Of a DNA stretch of 64,000 bases, positions 50,968 through 59,728 are shown one piece after another (positions within the stretch are counted from its first letter, which is position 1; each line of letters starts with the position of its first letter). Below the pieces are notes generated by a model, which did no database searches, was not told the DNA's origin, and saw only the letters and a program-made list of their open reading frames with translations. Both the position numbers and the translations under genes were made by a program. This stretch comes from Patescibacteria group bacterium (lineage in GTDB: Bacteria; Patescibacteriota; Patescibacteriia; Patescibacteriales; UBA12465): contig JBAZJV010000006.1 of the NCBI GenBank assembly GCA_041651095.1, forward strand, positions 8,986 to 72,985. Direction: 5' to 3'.

Positions 50968-52167
50968 ATGACTTGGGAGATCATTAAAATGGCTTTTGAA
51001 TCGCTGATGGCCAAGAAAACCCGGACTTTCCTGTCTATGTTGGGCGTGATTATCGGCGTGGCTACGGTCATCGCCGTCTTCGCCGTCGGACAGGGAGCGC
51101 AGAATTCGGTGAACGCCCAATTCCAGAACCTGAGCGTCAATTCCATTATTATCATGCCGAACCGCGGCCGAGGGTTTACCAGCAGCTCCCGCCTGGCGAC
51201 CGCCGACGCCCAGGTGATCCTGAACAAGTCGGAAAATATTGTTTCCGCGACCGGCGCTATTCAGGGGCAGGCGTCCGTTTCTTACGGCTCGGTGGACAAG
51301 AATTACAGCGTGGTCGGCGTCGATCAGAATTATTTTATGATTTCCAACCTGCGTCTCGCCAGCGGCCGGGCAATAACCGAAGCGGACATCAAGGATAAGG
51401 CCATGGTGGCCGTTATCGGCAGCACGGCCGTTTCCGATCTTTATGAATCCGGGTCAGATCCGTTAAATACCATGATCACGGTCGCCGGCAAGAAGCTAGC
51501 CGTCATCGGCGTGCTTCAGCCGGTCGGTTCCCGCATCGGTCCCTTGTCCATTGATTCCGCGGTCATCGTGCCGAGCACGACCGCCGAAAAGAGCCTCTTG
51601 GGCACGCGCGGAGAAGTGATGATCACCGCCCAGGTCGACGATGTCGCTAATACTTCGGCCGCCACTACCAGCATCACCAGCGCCTTAAGGACCGAACATA
51701 AGCTGAGCCTCAGCCAGGCGGATGATTTCCGGATTTTGGATGCCGGCAGCATGGTCGCCGCCGCCCAGGAATCAGCCAACACCCTGACCGCGCTCCTGAC
51801 CGCCATCGCGGCCATCACCTTGCTCGTTTCCGGCATCGGCATCATGAACGTGATGTTCGTGATCGTTTCCGAGCGGACCAAGGAAATCGGCATCGCCAAA
51901 GCGATCGGCGGCAAGCAGGCCGATATCTTGAGCCAGTTTTTATTGGAGTCAATCATCTTGTCGGTTATCGGCGGCCTCGTCGGCATGCTCATCGGCCAGG
52001 TCGCGATTCCGGTCATTTCCTACTTCAACTGGATTGCCGTGGGCAGCTCCGCCACCGGGCCGATCCTGGGCTTTTCTTTTTCGGTTCTGGTCGGCGTTTT
52101 TTTCGGATTTTATCCGGCCTATAAGGCCAGCCGTTTGGATCCCGTGGATGCTTTGCGCAGCGAATAG
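50968..52167 (+). CDS. ABC transporter permease (FtsX/MacB-type)
   Basis: The N-terminus reads ESLMAKKTRTFLSMLGVIIGV. A large periplasmic loop is followed by the C-terminal FtsX helices. ATG 50968 follows the upstream stop. Confidence 0.85.
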   Translation: MTWEIIKMAFESLMAKKTRTFLSMLGVIIGVATVIAVFAVGQGAQNSVNAQFQNLSVNSIIIMPNRGRGFTSSSRLATADAQVILNKSENIVSATGAIQGQASVSYGSVDKNYSVVGVDQNYFMISNLRLASGRAITEADIKDKAMVAVIGSTAVSDLYESGSDPLNTMITVAGKKLAVIGVLQPVGSRIGPLSIDSAVIVPSTTAEKSLLGTRGEVMITAQVDDVANTSAATTSITSALRTEHKLSLSQADDFRILDAGSMVAAAQESANTLTALLTAIAAITLLVSGIGIMNVMFVIVSERTKEIGIAKAIGGKQADILSQFLLESIILSVIGGLVGMLIGQVAIPVISYFNWIAVGSSATGPILGFSFSVLVGVFFGFYPAYKASRLDPVDALRSE

Positions 52168-52195
52168 CGGAGAATCTATGACGCGGGACGACCGC

Positions 52196-52224
52196 TTTAC
52201 AGCGCGGCACGGATATTTTATAAT
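52196..52224 (+). promoter_or_regulatory. sigma70 promoter placing ATG 52231 at the transcription start (leaderless)
   Basis: TTTACA (52196-52201), 17-nt spacer, TATAAT (52219-52224), 6 nt, then ATG. Confidence 0.5.
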
Positions 52225-52230
52225 TAAGCC

Positions 52231-52713
52231 ATGTTCAGGAGAAAACGGATTATTTTTCCTTTAGTGTTCGCCTTTATCATATCATTCGTCGTTTCCAGCG
52301 CGGTTTGTCTGGATTTTTTGCCGTCCGCGGCCTTAGCCGCTGACAGCAGTCCGGCTGCCCCAATGTCTAAACCGGACGCCACGGGGGGCGCCCGGCACCC
52401 GGTTATGGCGCCCGCGGTCCGCGAACATTGCGGCAGCGTCGGGCCGGTGCCGACAGAACAGCGCACCAGCCAGGCCGCGCCGATGCTGGCGGGATCCGCG
52501 GCTCCGGATGCAGTCCGCGATTGCTGCCTCAGCCAGGACCATCACCCCAGCGCCGCGAGCACTGATAGCCTCCAATCATTCCAGCCGCTGGCGGCCCTGC
52601 TGTCTTCCGCCGTCCAGCCCCGGCTATCTTTATTTATCCAGCCGTCTTACCGGGCAGAAATTTTTCCGCCCCCGGAAGCGGCCGCCTTGCTCACCATCGT
52701 CAAAAGGGAATAA
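52231..52713 (+). CDS. hypothetical signal-anchored protein with His/Cys/Met-containing disordered region
   Basis: 160 aa with an N-terminal TM segment. Contains HPVMAPAVREHCG and DCCLSQDHHP. It sits directly upstream of the copper locus. Coding status is supported mainly by the promoter geometry. Confidence 0.4.
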   Translation: MFRRKRIIFPLVFAFIISFVVSSAVCLDFLPSAALAADSSPAAPMSKPDATGGARHPVMAPAVREHCGSVGPVPTEQRTSQAAPMLAGSAAPDAVRDCCLSQDHHPSAASTDSLQSFQPLAALLSSAVQPRLSLFIQPSYRAEIFPPPEAAALLTIVKRE

Positions 52714-52786
52714 CTTTTAATTTTTCCGACCATCTTTTTGGCACCGGCCGTTTAGCGCTGGCTTGAGAAGGTGGTTTTTGATTGGT

Positions 52787-52798
52787 TGATAATTATCA
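52787..52798. promoter_or_regulatory. 12-bp perfect palindrome TGATAATTATCA upstream of the copper locus
   Basis: Perfect 6-0-6 palindrome, 28 nt upstream of ATG 52826. Confidence 0.3.
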
Positions 52799-52825
52799 TT
52801 TTTTAATATCATCGTCTTAATATAT

Positions 52826-54658
52826 ATGGATAAGCAACAAAAAATCATTGTTCCCATTCGGGGCATGCACTGCCGGTCTTGTGAAATTCTGATCGAAGAC
52901 GAACTAACCGCGCTTAAAGGCGTCCAACGAGCCGAAGCGGATTGGCGGCGCAGCCAGGTGGCATTGCAGTTTTCCGGCCAGCAGCCGGATGAGGGCCAAA
53001 TTAGGGAAGCCATACGCCGAGCCGGCTATGAAGTGGGTGAAAACGGTAAAACCGGATTTTTCAGCCGTAATAAGGAAGACTATAAGGATTTAGGACTGGC
53101 TTTCCTGGCTTTGCTCGGGATTTATCTTATTCTGAAGGGTTTGGGCATCAGCAGTATTAATATCAACACCTCTAACGACCTGACGGTCCCCGTCATTCTC
53201 TTGATCGGTTTGACCGCCGGCTTCTCAACCTGCATGGCCCTGGTCGGCGGCTTGATCCTGGGCGTGTCGGCCCGTTATACGGAAAGCCGTCCCGAGGCGA
53301 CGTCCGGAGAAAAATTTTATCCGCATCTGCTCTTTAATTCCGGCCGAGTCATCGGCTTCGCCGTTTTGGGCGGGATTCTAGGCTTGGTCGGATCAGCGTT
53401 CCAGTTGTCCGGATCGGTGCTGGGTTTTATTACCATTGCCGCCGGCTTGCTGATGCTGGTTATGGGTTTGCAGCTGACCAATATTTTCCCCTGGTTGGAA
53501 CGATTCAAACTTACTCTGCCCAAAGGGCTCAGCCGTTATCTGGGCTGGTCTAAGAGCCGGCAATCTTATAGCCATAATAACGCTTTCATTCTGGGCGCTT
53601 TGACCTTTTTCCTGCCTTGCGGCTTTACTCAGGCCATGCAGATTTATGCCGTCAGCACCGGCAGCTTTCTGGATGGCGCCGTTGTCATGGGCGCTTTTGC
53701 CCTCGGTACGATGCCGGGTCTGCTGGGCATCGGCGGCCTGACGGCCTCGGTCAAAGGACTGTTTGCCCAACGCTTCTTCAAGTTCGCCGGTCTGGCCGTC
53801 ATTTCCTTCGCCTTCTTCAATATCGCCAACGGCCTGGCGCTCAGCGGCTTCAGTCCGGCTTACGGTTCAGCGGCTCCAGCCGTCTCGACCGATCCTAATG
53901 TCACTATGGAAAACGGCGTACAGGTCGTCCGGATGACGGAAACCGCTTCCGGTTATCAGCCCAATAGTTTTACGATTAAGAAAGGCCGGCCGGTGCGCTG
54001 GGTCATTGACGCGCGGGATCCATATTCTTGCGCCTCCACCATCTTGTTGAATAAATATGGAATCCGTAAAAATCTGCGCGCCGGTGAAAATGTCATTACT
54101 TTCACGCCGACCGAGGCCGGCCGCCTGCCTTTTTCCTGTTCCATGGGTATGTATACCGGCGTCTTTAACGTGATCGAGGACGATAATCCGGCCGCGGGCA
54201 TAATCAGTCCGGCTTTGGCCGCGGCCTCTGAAATCGCCGCGCCGGCGCCTGGCGGCGCTTGCCGGGTCGGCGGTTGCGGCGGCTCCGGTTCCGGCGGCTG
54301 CGGTTGCGGCGGCAATCGGGAATTTATTCCGAGCGCCGGTCCGGTCGCGACGGCTCCGGACGAAGAAGCCGGTCCGGGCGCGGCCGTTCAGAATATTACC
54401 AGCGTTTATACGGTTAATGACGATATCGTGCCCAATACTTTTACCGTCAAAGCCGGCCGGCCGGTCCATTATAGTGTAGACGTCCGGGAAACCGCTTACG
54501 GCTGCATGTCGGAAATTATGATCCAGAATTTATATGATCAGTCCATTCCGCTCGTTGCCGGTGAACCGTTGGCCATGGATTTTACCCCATCACAGCCCGG
54601 TACTTATCTGATCACTTGCGCTATGGGCGTACCGCGAGGCAAGATCATCGTGGAATAG
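52826..54658 (+). CDS. fusion protein: HMA domain + TauE/DsbD_2-like membrane domain + two cupredoxin-like domains
   Basis: The N-terminus has GMHCRSCE. About 6-8 TM segments carry FLPCGFTQAMQ. A Gly/Cys linker reads CRVGGCGGSGSGGCGCGG. Two C-terminal repeats (FTIKKGRPVRW...FSCSMGMY and FTVKAGRPVHY...ITCAMGV) follow. Confidence 0.7.
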   Translation: MDKQQKIIVPIRGMHCRSCEILIEDELTALKGVQRAEADWRRSQVALQFSGQQPDEGQIREAIRRAGYEVGENGKTGFFSRNKEDYKDLGLAFLALLGIYLILKGLGISSININTSNDLTVPVILLIGLTAGFSTCMALVGGLILGVSARYTESRPEATSGEKFYPHLLFNSGRVIGFAVLGGILGLVGSAFQLSGSVLGFITIAAGLLMLVMGLQLTNIFPWLERFKLTLPKGLSRYLGWSKSRQSYSHNNAFILGALTFFLPCGFTQAMQIYAVSTGSFLDGAVVMGAFALGTMPGLLGIGGLTASVKGLFAQRFFKFAGLAVISFAFFNIANGLALSGFSPAYGSAAPAVSTDPNVTMENGVQVVRMTETASGYQPNSFTIKKGRPVRWVIDARDPYSCASTILLNKYGIRKNLRAGENVITFTPTEAGRLPFSCSMGMYTGVFNVIEDDNPAAGIISPALAAASEIAAPAPGGACRVGGCGGSGSGGCGCGGNREFIPSAGPVATAPDEEAGPGAAVQNITSVYTVNDDIVPNTFTVKAGRPVHYSVDVRETAYGCMSEIMIQNLYDQSIPLVAGEPLAMDFTPSQPGTYLITCAMGVPRGKIIVE

Positions 54659-54707
54659 GGAGCATCGTTCGCATCTTATTAATTATAACCACTTAATCAT
54701 TATTTTT

Positions 54708-54917
54708 ATGAAGACTCAATTCAAGATAAACGGCTTGACCTGTGCCGCCTGCGAAAAGCTAAGCGCTAAACGTCTGGCCAAAATCAACGGCGTGACCGGC
54801 GTCCAGGTCAGCCGGGACAGCGGCGTAGCCGATATTGAAGCGGATCGTCCGATTACGCTCACGGAAGCAAGCGCCGCTCTGTCCGGCACGGATTACCGGG
54901 CCGCGGCGCTCCATTGA
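54708..54917 (+). CDS. copZ: copper chaperone CopZ-like HMA protein
   Basis: 69 aa with GLTCAACE. Confidence 0.8.
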   Translation: MKTQFKINGLTCAACEKLSAKRLAKINGVTGVQVSRDSGVADIEADRPITLTEASAALSGTDYRAAALH

Positions 54918-54930
54918 TATTTATTCATAT

Positions 54931-57600
54931 ATGAAAAGAATACATCTTAAAGTCCAAGGCATGCACTGCCCGTCCTGCGAGCAGCTAATAAAAGAAGAAT
55001 TAACGGATATCGGCGGACAGGATATTCGGGCGGACTATCACGCCGGGACAGCGGAAGCTCTGTTCGGCGATGAAACACCGGTCGCCGATGAAGAAATCCT
55101 GGCAGCAGTCAAACGCGCCGGCTATGAAGCGGTTATTGTTAAATCGGAACATCTCAGCGGGCCAGCAGCTGATCGGACGGTCGCGGTCCCCCGGCCAGGG
55201 GCGGTTCCGGATATTGCCGCTCCGGCAGCTGAAATCAAACAGTCCGCCGGCACCCAGCGCGTCATGCTTTCGCTCAGCGGCATGCATTGCGCTTCCTGCG
55301 CCAGCCTTATCGAGCGCTCTTTAAGGAGAGTGCCAGGCGTCAAGGAGGGAAATGTTAATTTTGCGACGGAAAAAGCGGCGGTTTTATTCGACGCTACGGC
55401 CACGAATCAGGCGGCCCTGATCGCGGCTGTGCAGCAAGCCGGTTATCAGGCGACCCTGGTTGATGCGCGCGATACGGAATTTGACCGCCGGAAACGGCAG
55501 GCGGCAATGCAGGACTATTTCCGAAAATTCCTCTTCAGCTTGCTGTTGAGCCTGCCGCTCCTTTATTTCATGCTGCTGGATTTCTGGTCATGGCTGCCCG
55601 GCGCCGGTTTTCTGCCGCCCTATGTCGGGATAATTTCCTTGCTGCTCACCGCGCCGATCCAGGTATTTATCGGCGCCGGTTTCTACCAGGGAGCCTGGGC
55701 CGGCCTGCGGATGAAAACCTTCAATATGGACAGCCTGATCGCTATCGGCACCACCACCGCCTTTTTGTACAGTCTGGTTTATTATCTGATTTATGTCCGC
55801 CAGACCGGTTCGCTGGTCGGGCTGAACGGCGCCAAGATTCCGGAATTATATTTTGAAACCGCCGCCTTCCTCTTCACTTTCGTCATTCTCGGCAAGTGGC
55901 TGGAAGCCCGGGCCAAGGGGCGGACTTCCGATTCGATTCAGAAATTAATGGGCTTGCAGGCCAAGACGGCGCGGGTTATTCGGAACGGTTTCACTCAGGA
56001 CGTGTCGATTGAAGAAGTGGTTACCGGCGATACGGTTATCGTCCGGCCGGGCGAGAAGATCCCGGTCGACGGAAAAATCAGCCGGGGCCATTCGGCGGTC
56101 GATGAGTCCATGCTGACCGGCGAAAGCCTGCCGGTAGAAAAAAAAGCCGGCGATACGGTCATCGGGGCAACTTTGAATAAAAACGGCAGCTTCGAATTCG
56201 TGGTTACGCGGGTCGGGGCCGAAACGGCGCTGGCTCAGATCATCCGTCTGGTCGAGGAAGCTCAGGGTTCCAAGGCGCCGATCCAGGCTTTTGCCGATCG
56301 GGTGGCGGCGGTGTTCGTTCCGACCGTCATCAGCCTGGCGCTCCTGGCTTTTTTCGTTTGGTATTTCTGGCTGGGCGCCGGTTTAAGTTTTTCCTTAATG
56401 GCGTTTACGGCGGTTATTGTCATCGCTTGCCCCTGCGCTTTGGGCTTGGCGACGCCGACGGCGATCATAGTCGGTACCGGTCGCGGGGCGGAGCAAGGCA
56501 TTCTGATCAAAGGCGGCGAGCCGCTCGAAGCGGCCTGCCGTCTTCAGGCGGTCGTCTTCGATAAGACCGGCACCTTGACGCACGGACAGCCGGCAGTTAC
56601 CGACGTGATCGCTTTCGGACCGAGAGATCGGGCCGCCGTCACCGCTCTGACCGGCAGCCTGGAGAAATTATCCGAACATCCTCTGGCCGAAGCGATTTAT
56701 AATCATGCTCAGGAACAGCGCTCGGCGCTGGCAGCAGTCCATGATTTCCGGGCCATTCCCGGCCACGGCGTCAGCGGGGAAATCGACGGCCAAAAATATT
56801 TTCTCGGCAACCGCAAGCTGATTAGCGCCGAGGCCGGACTTTCCATTCAGGGGCTGGACACCCGCTTGGCCGAACTGGAAGCGGCGGGCAAGACGGTCAT
56901 GCTCTTGGCCGATACTCGGGAGGTCATCGGCGCTCTGGCCGTGGCGGACACCGTTAAAGAGACTTCGCGCGAAGCCGTCGCCCGCTTGCGGCAGCTGGGG
57001 CTGGCCGTCTATATGATTACCGGCGATAACGCCCGGACGGCCGCCGCGATTGCTGCGCAGGTCGGCATCACCGATATTTTGTCCGAAGTCTTGCCGGAAG
57101 ATAAGGCCAACGAGATCAAAAAGATCCAAGCTAGCGGCCAAAAAGTAGCTATGGTCGGCGACGGCATCAATGACGCGCCGGCGCTGGCTCAGGCCGACTT
57201 GGGCATCGCCATGGGCAGCGGCACGGACGTTGCCATGGAAACCGGCGGCTTGGTTATTATCAAGAACGATTTGAACGAGGTCATCACCGCGATCGAATTG
57301 TCGCGGGAAACCGTGGCTAAGATCAAGCAGAACCTGTTTTTCGCTTTGTTCTATAATGTCATCGGCATTCCTATAGCCGCCCGGGTTTTTATCGGCTTCG
57401 GCCTGGTCTTGAAGCCGGAATTGGCCGGCTTGGCTATGGCGCTCAGTTCGATTTCGGTCGTCACCAATTCCTTGCTACTGAAATATTTCCGGCCGCGCCG
57501 CCGCAACTATCTGTCCTTGGCCGCTCCGGCGCTGATGGTTATATTATTCAGCTGGCTGTTCTTCGAATTCGCCCGCCTGAGCGCGGTGATGGGCGGATAA
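54931..57600 (+). CDS. copA: copper-translocating P1B-type ATPase
   Basis: Two N-terminal HMA domains ([16 protein letters not shown]). CPC in TM6, then [15 protein letters not shown] and MVGDG. ATG 54931 is chosen over ORF-track 54835, which overlaps copZ. Confidence 0.9.
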   Translation: MKRIHLKVQGMHCPSCEQLIKEELTDIGGQDIRADYHAGTAEALFGDETPVADEEILAAVKRAGYEAVIVKSEHLSGPAADRTVAVPRPGAVPDIAAPAAEIKQSAGTQRVMLSLSGMHCASCASLIERSLRRVPGVKEGNVNFATEKAAVLFDATATNQAALIAAVQQAGYQATLVDARDTEFDRRKRQAAMQDYFRKFLFSLLLSLPLLYFMLLDFWSWLPGAGFLPPYVGIISLLLTAPIQVFIGAGFYQGAWAGLRMKTFNMDSLIAIGTTTAFLYSLVYYLIYVRQTGSLVGLNGAKIPELYFETAAFLFTFVILGKWLEARAKGRTSDSIQKLMGLQAKTARVIRNGFTQDVSIEEVVTGDTVIVRPGEKIPVDGKISRGHSAVDESMLTGESLPVEKKAGDTVIGATLNKNGSFEFVVTRVGAETALAQIIRLVEEAQGSKAPIQAFADRVAAVFVPTVISLALLAFFVWYFWLGAGLSFSLMAFTAVIVIACPCALGLATPTAIIVGTGRGAEQGILIKGGEPLEAACRLQAVVFDKTGTLTHGQPAVTDVIAFGPRDRAAVTALTGSLEKLSEHPLAEAIYNHAQEQRSALAAVHDFRAIPGHGVSGEIDGQKYFLGNRKLISAEAGLSIQGLDTRLAELEAAGKTVMLLADTREVIGALAVADTVKETSREAVARLRQLGLAVYMITGDNARTAAAIAAQVGITDILSEVLPEDKANEIKKIQASGQKVAMVGDGINDAPALAQADLGIAMGSGTDVAMETGGLVIIKNDLNEVITAIELSRETVAKIKQNLFFALFYNVIGIPIAARVFIGFGLVLKPELAGLAMALSSISVVTNSLLLKYFRPRRRNYLSLAAPALMVILFSWLFFEFARLSAVMGG

Positions 57601-57622
57601 ACGCAATAACTAGGAGGAAAAA

Positions 57623-57649
57623 AGAGGGTCTGAAGGCCCTCTTTTCTTT
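57623..57649 (+). terminator. rho-independent terminator after copA
   Basis: AGAGGGTC-tgaa-GGCCCTCT followed by TTTTCTTT. Confidence 0.6.
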
Positions 57650-57699
57650 AGGTTTTAGTCTATGGTATACTGGAAAAAGCTTTCGGCTTAGGCAGAGAA

Positions 57700-57723
57700 A
57701 ATAACCGCGAGGGTTATTTTTTT
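57700..57723 (+). terminator. second hairpin terminator
   Basis: AATAACC-gcgag-GGTTATT followed by T6. Confidence 0.5.
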
Positions 57724-57727
57724 AATC

Positions 57728-57756
57728 TTGACAGTTAGCAATATAAATGATATATT
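57728..57756 (+). promoter_or_regulatory. sigma70 promoter of the RND operon
   Basis: TTGACA (57728-57733), 17-nt spacer, TG-extended TATATT (57751-57756). Confidence 0.5.
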
Positions 57757-57810
57757 TGGCGGTAATTATCAGAAATATTTTTATCGTCATCACTAGCACT
57801 AACATATTAT

Positions 57811-59727
57811 ATGAATATAAAAATGAAAAAAATCGCTTGGTTATCGTTGCTATTCGGGGTAACTTTAAGCCTCAGCGCTTGCGGCAGCAAGACGGCTGAA
57901 CCGGCCGCACCGCCGGCGCCGATTGAGGTCAAAGCCCAGACCGTGTCTCAAAGCCTGAGCGTCAAGCAGACTTTGTCTTATCCGGCCCTGGTCGTAGCGG
58001 ACAGCGAGGCGACCATCGTCGCTAAAGCCGGCGGCAATCTGACCGCCGCCCGGTTCCAGGTCGGCGACACGGTTACGCTCGGCCAGGAACTGGCCAAGAT
58101 CGACGATGTCAATTCGGCGGATTTTAACGCGAATAATTTTAATACCAACCAGATCAAGCAGGCGAAAATCGCCGTCTCCCAGGCGGCCAGCGCTTATGAG
58201 CTGGCTAAAACCAATTATAATAGCTCGTTGCTGTCCTCGGTTAAGGATTTGCGGAGCGCGGAAATCGCCCGCGATCAGGCGGCCAAGAATCAGAGCAATT
58301 TGGACATCACCACCGCGGAGGCCTTGAAAAGCGCGCAACTGGCTTATGAAACCGCGCAGCTGGCTACGGCGGCCGCCAGTTCTACGCTGGTTAATCGGGA
58401 AAAACTGGCAGCGCAGAGCGCCAAGGATACGGCGACTAATGCCGATCTGGCGGCCGATTCCGCCGCTTCCACCGCCGGTACGATCCTGACTAATATCAAT
58501 AATTTCGCCGCTTTCGACGATAAGAACAATTCTAATTCCGTCGGCTACCGGGCGTCGCTAGGCGTATTAGCGCCCGGTTCCTATGATACGGCGAAGGCCG
58601 CTTATGCCGCGGCGAAAGATGCTTATACCGGTTATACTGCTGAGACCTTCAACGACGTTAATGACCAAGTCGCCGCCGCCGGCCGGCTGGCCGAGCAGAT
58701 CAAGAAACTGGCGGACGATACCAAATATTTACTGGACAAGAGCGTGCCTTCTTCCAGCCTGCCCTTAAACGCCGCGACCGGCCTATCGCTTTCCGGATTA
58801 CAAGCCGCCGCCGCCGGTTATCAGACTCAGGCCGCCGCCGCCCTTAATCAGGTCAACAGCGCGAGCCAGGCGCTCGTCAATGTCAGTTTGAACAACGCTA
58901 CGCTATTAGACAGCTTACGGCAGGCTCTGCAAATCGCCCAACAGCAGGAGGCCAGCGCCAAACAGAATCTGGCTAATCTGCAGTCCGGCAATACCAGCCA
59001 GCAGAATCAGGCCGGTTTTGCCGCCAGTCTGGCCCAGAACCAGTATGATAACGCCAAAGTCAAGATCGAGGCGCAGATCAGCGCCGCCCGGACCCAGTTA
59101 GAGAGTACCCAGCTGCAATATAATAATGCGGTCGTGGCCTTACAGAGTCTCTATGACGCCCATTCAGTCATCGCGCCTTTAGACGGCACGATTACCAAAG
59201 TTTTTATCGCCGACGGCCAGGCCGTTTCGGCCGGTCAGCCGATAGCGACCGTTTCCCAAATCAAGAATTTGAAGGTCCAATTCTATGTGGAGGCTGAGAA
59301 CTTGAGCGAGATCAAGGCCGGCTTGCCGGTGCAGGTCGCGGACAATAACAGCCAGAACTATAATGGCGTAATCGCCGCCGTCTCGCCGCAGGCCGACTCG
59401 GTCAGCAAACGTTTTCTGGCCGAAGTCAAAGTGGCCGATCCGGCCGGTTTGTTATTAGGCACGGTCGTAACCGTCAATTTGGACATTACCCGTCAGGCGG
59501 GCCGCTCGGGCCTGGTTATTTTGCCTCTTTCGTCCGTAACCGTCGGCCAGAACGGCAGTTCTATCTTCATCAATGATAACGGCCGGGCCAAGAAAATCAC
59601 CGTAACGGTCCAGGAAGTCATTGGCGAGCTGGCTCAGGTGCAGGTCGATCTGCCATCGGACGCCCTGATTATAACCGACGGCAACCGTCTGCTCACGGAC
59701 GGGGAAGCGATTTCCGTCAAACCGTAA
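57811..59727 (+). CDS. RND-type efflux periplasmic adaptor lipoprotein with an extended coiled coil
   Basis: Lipobox LSLSAC. A lipoyl-like half (RFQVGDTVTLGQELAKID) is followed by about 330 aa of A/Q/S/N-rich helical sequence, then IAPLDGTITKV and beta-barrel/MP domains. Confidence 0.75.
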   Translation: MNIKMKKIAWLSLLFGVTLSLSACGSKTAEPAAPPAPIEVKAQTVSQSLSVKQTLSYPALVVADSEATIVAKAGGNLTAARFQVGDTVTLGQELAKIDDVNSADFNANNFNTNQIKQAKIAVSQAASAYELAKTNYNSSLLSSVKDLRSAEIARDQAAKNQSNLDITTAEALKSAQLAYETAQLATAAASSTLVNREKLAAQSAKDTATNADLAADSAASTAGTILTNINNFAAFDDKNNSNSVGYRASLGVLAPGSYDTAKAAYAAAKDAYTGYTAETFNDVNDQVAAAGRLAEQIKKLADDTKYLLDKSVPSSSLPLNAATGLSLSGLQAAAAGYQTQAAAALNQVNSASQALVNVSLNNATLLDSLRQALQIAQQQEASAKQNLANLQSGNTSQQNQAGFAASLAQNQYDNAKVKIEAQISAARTQLESTQLQYNNAVVALQSLYDAHSVIAPLDGTITKVFIADGQAVSAGQPIATVSQIKNLKVQFYVEAENLSEIKAGLPVQVADNNSQNYNGVIAAVSPQADSVSKRFLAEVKVADPAGLLLGTVVTVNLDITRQAGRSGLVILPLSSVTVGQNGSSIFINDNGRAKKITVTVQEVIGELAQVQVDLPSDALIITDGNRLLTDGEAISVKP

Positions 59728-59728
59728 T

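Noticed and set aside
15706-54931. N-terminally extended ORF-track starts: 15706, 16260, 30243, 31205, 44380, 50893, 54835, and the TTG starts at 8185, 17052 and 21421.
   Set aside because: The extensions overlap the upstream gene or encode atypical sequence. In-frame ATGs placed right after the upstream stop reproduce the canonical N-termini (for example [60 protein letters not shown]).
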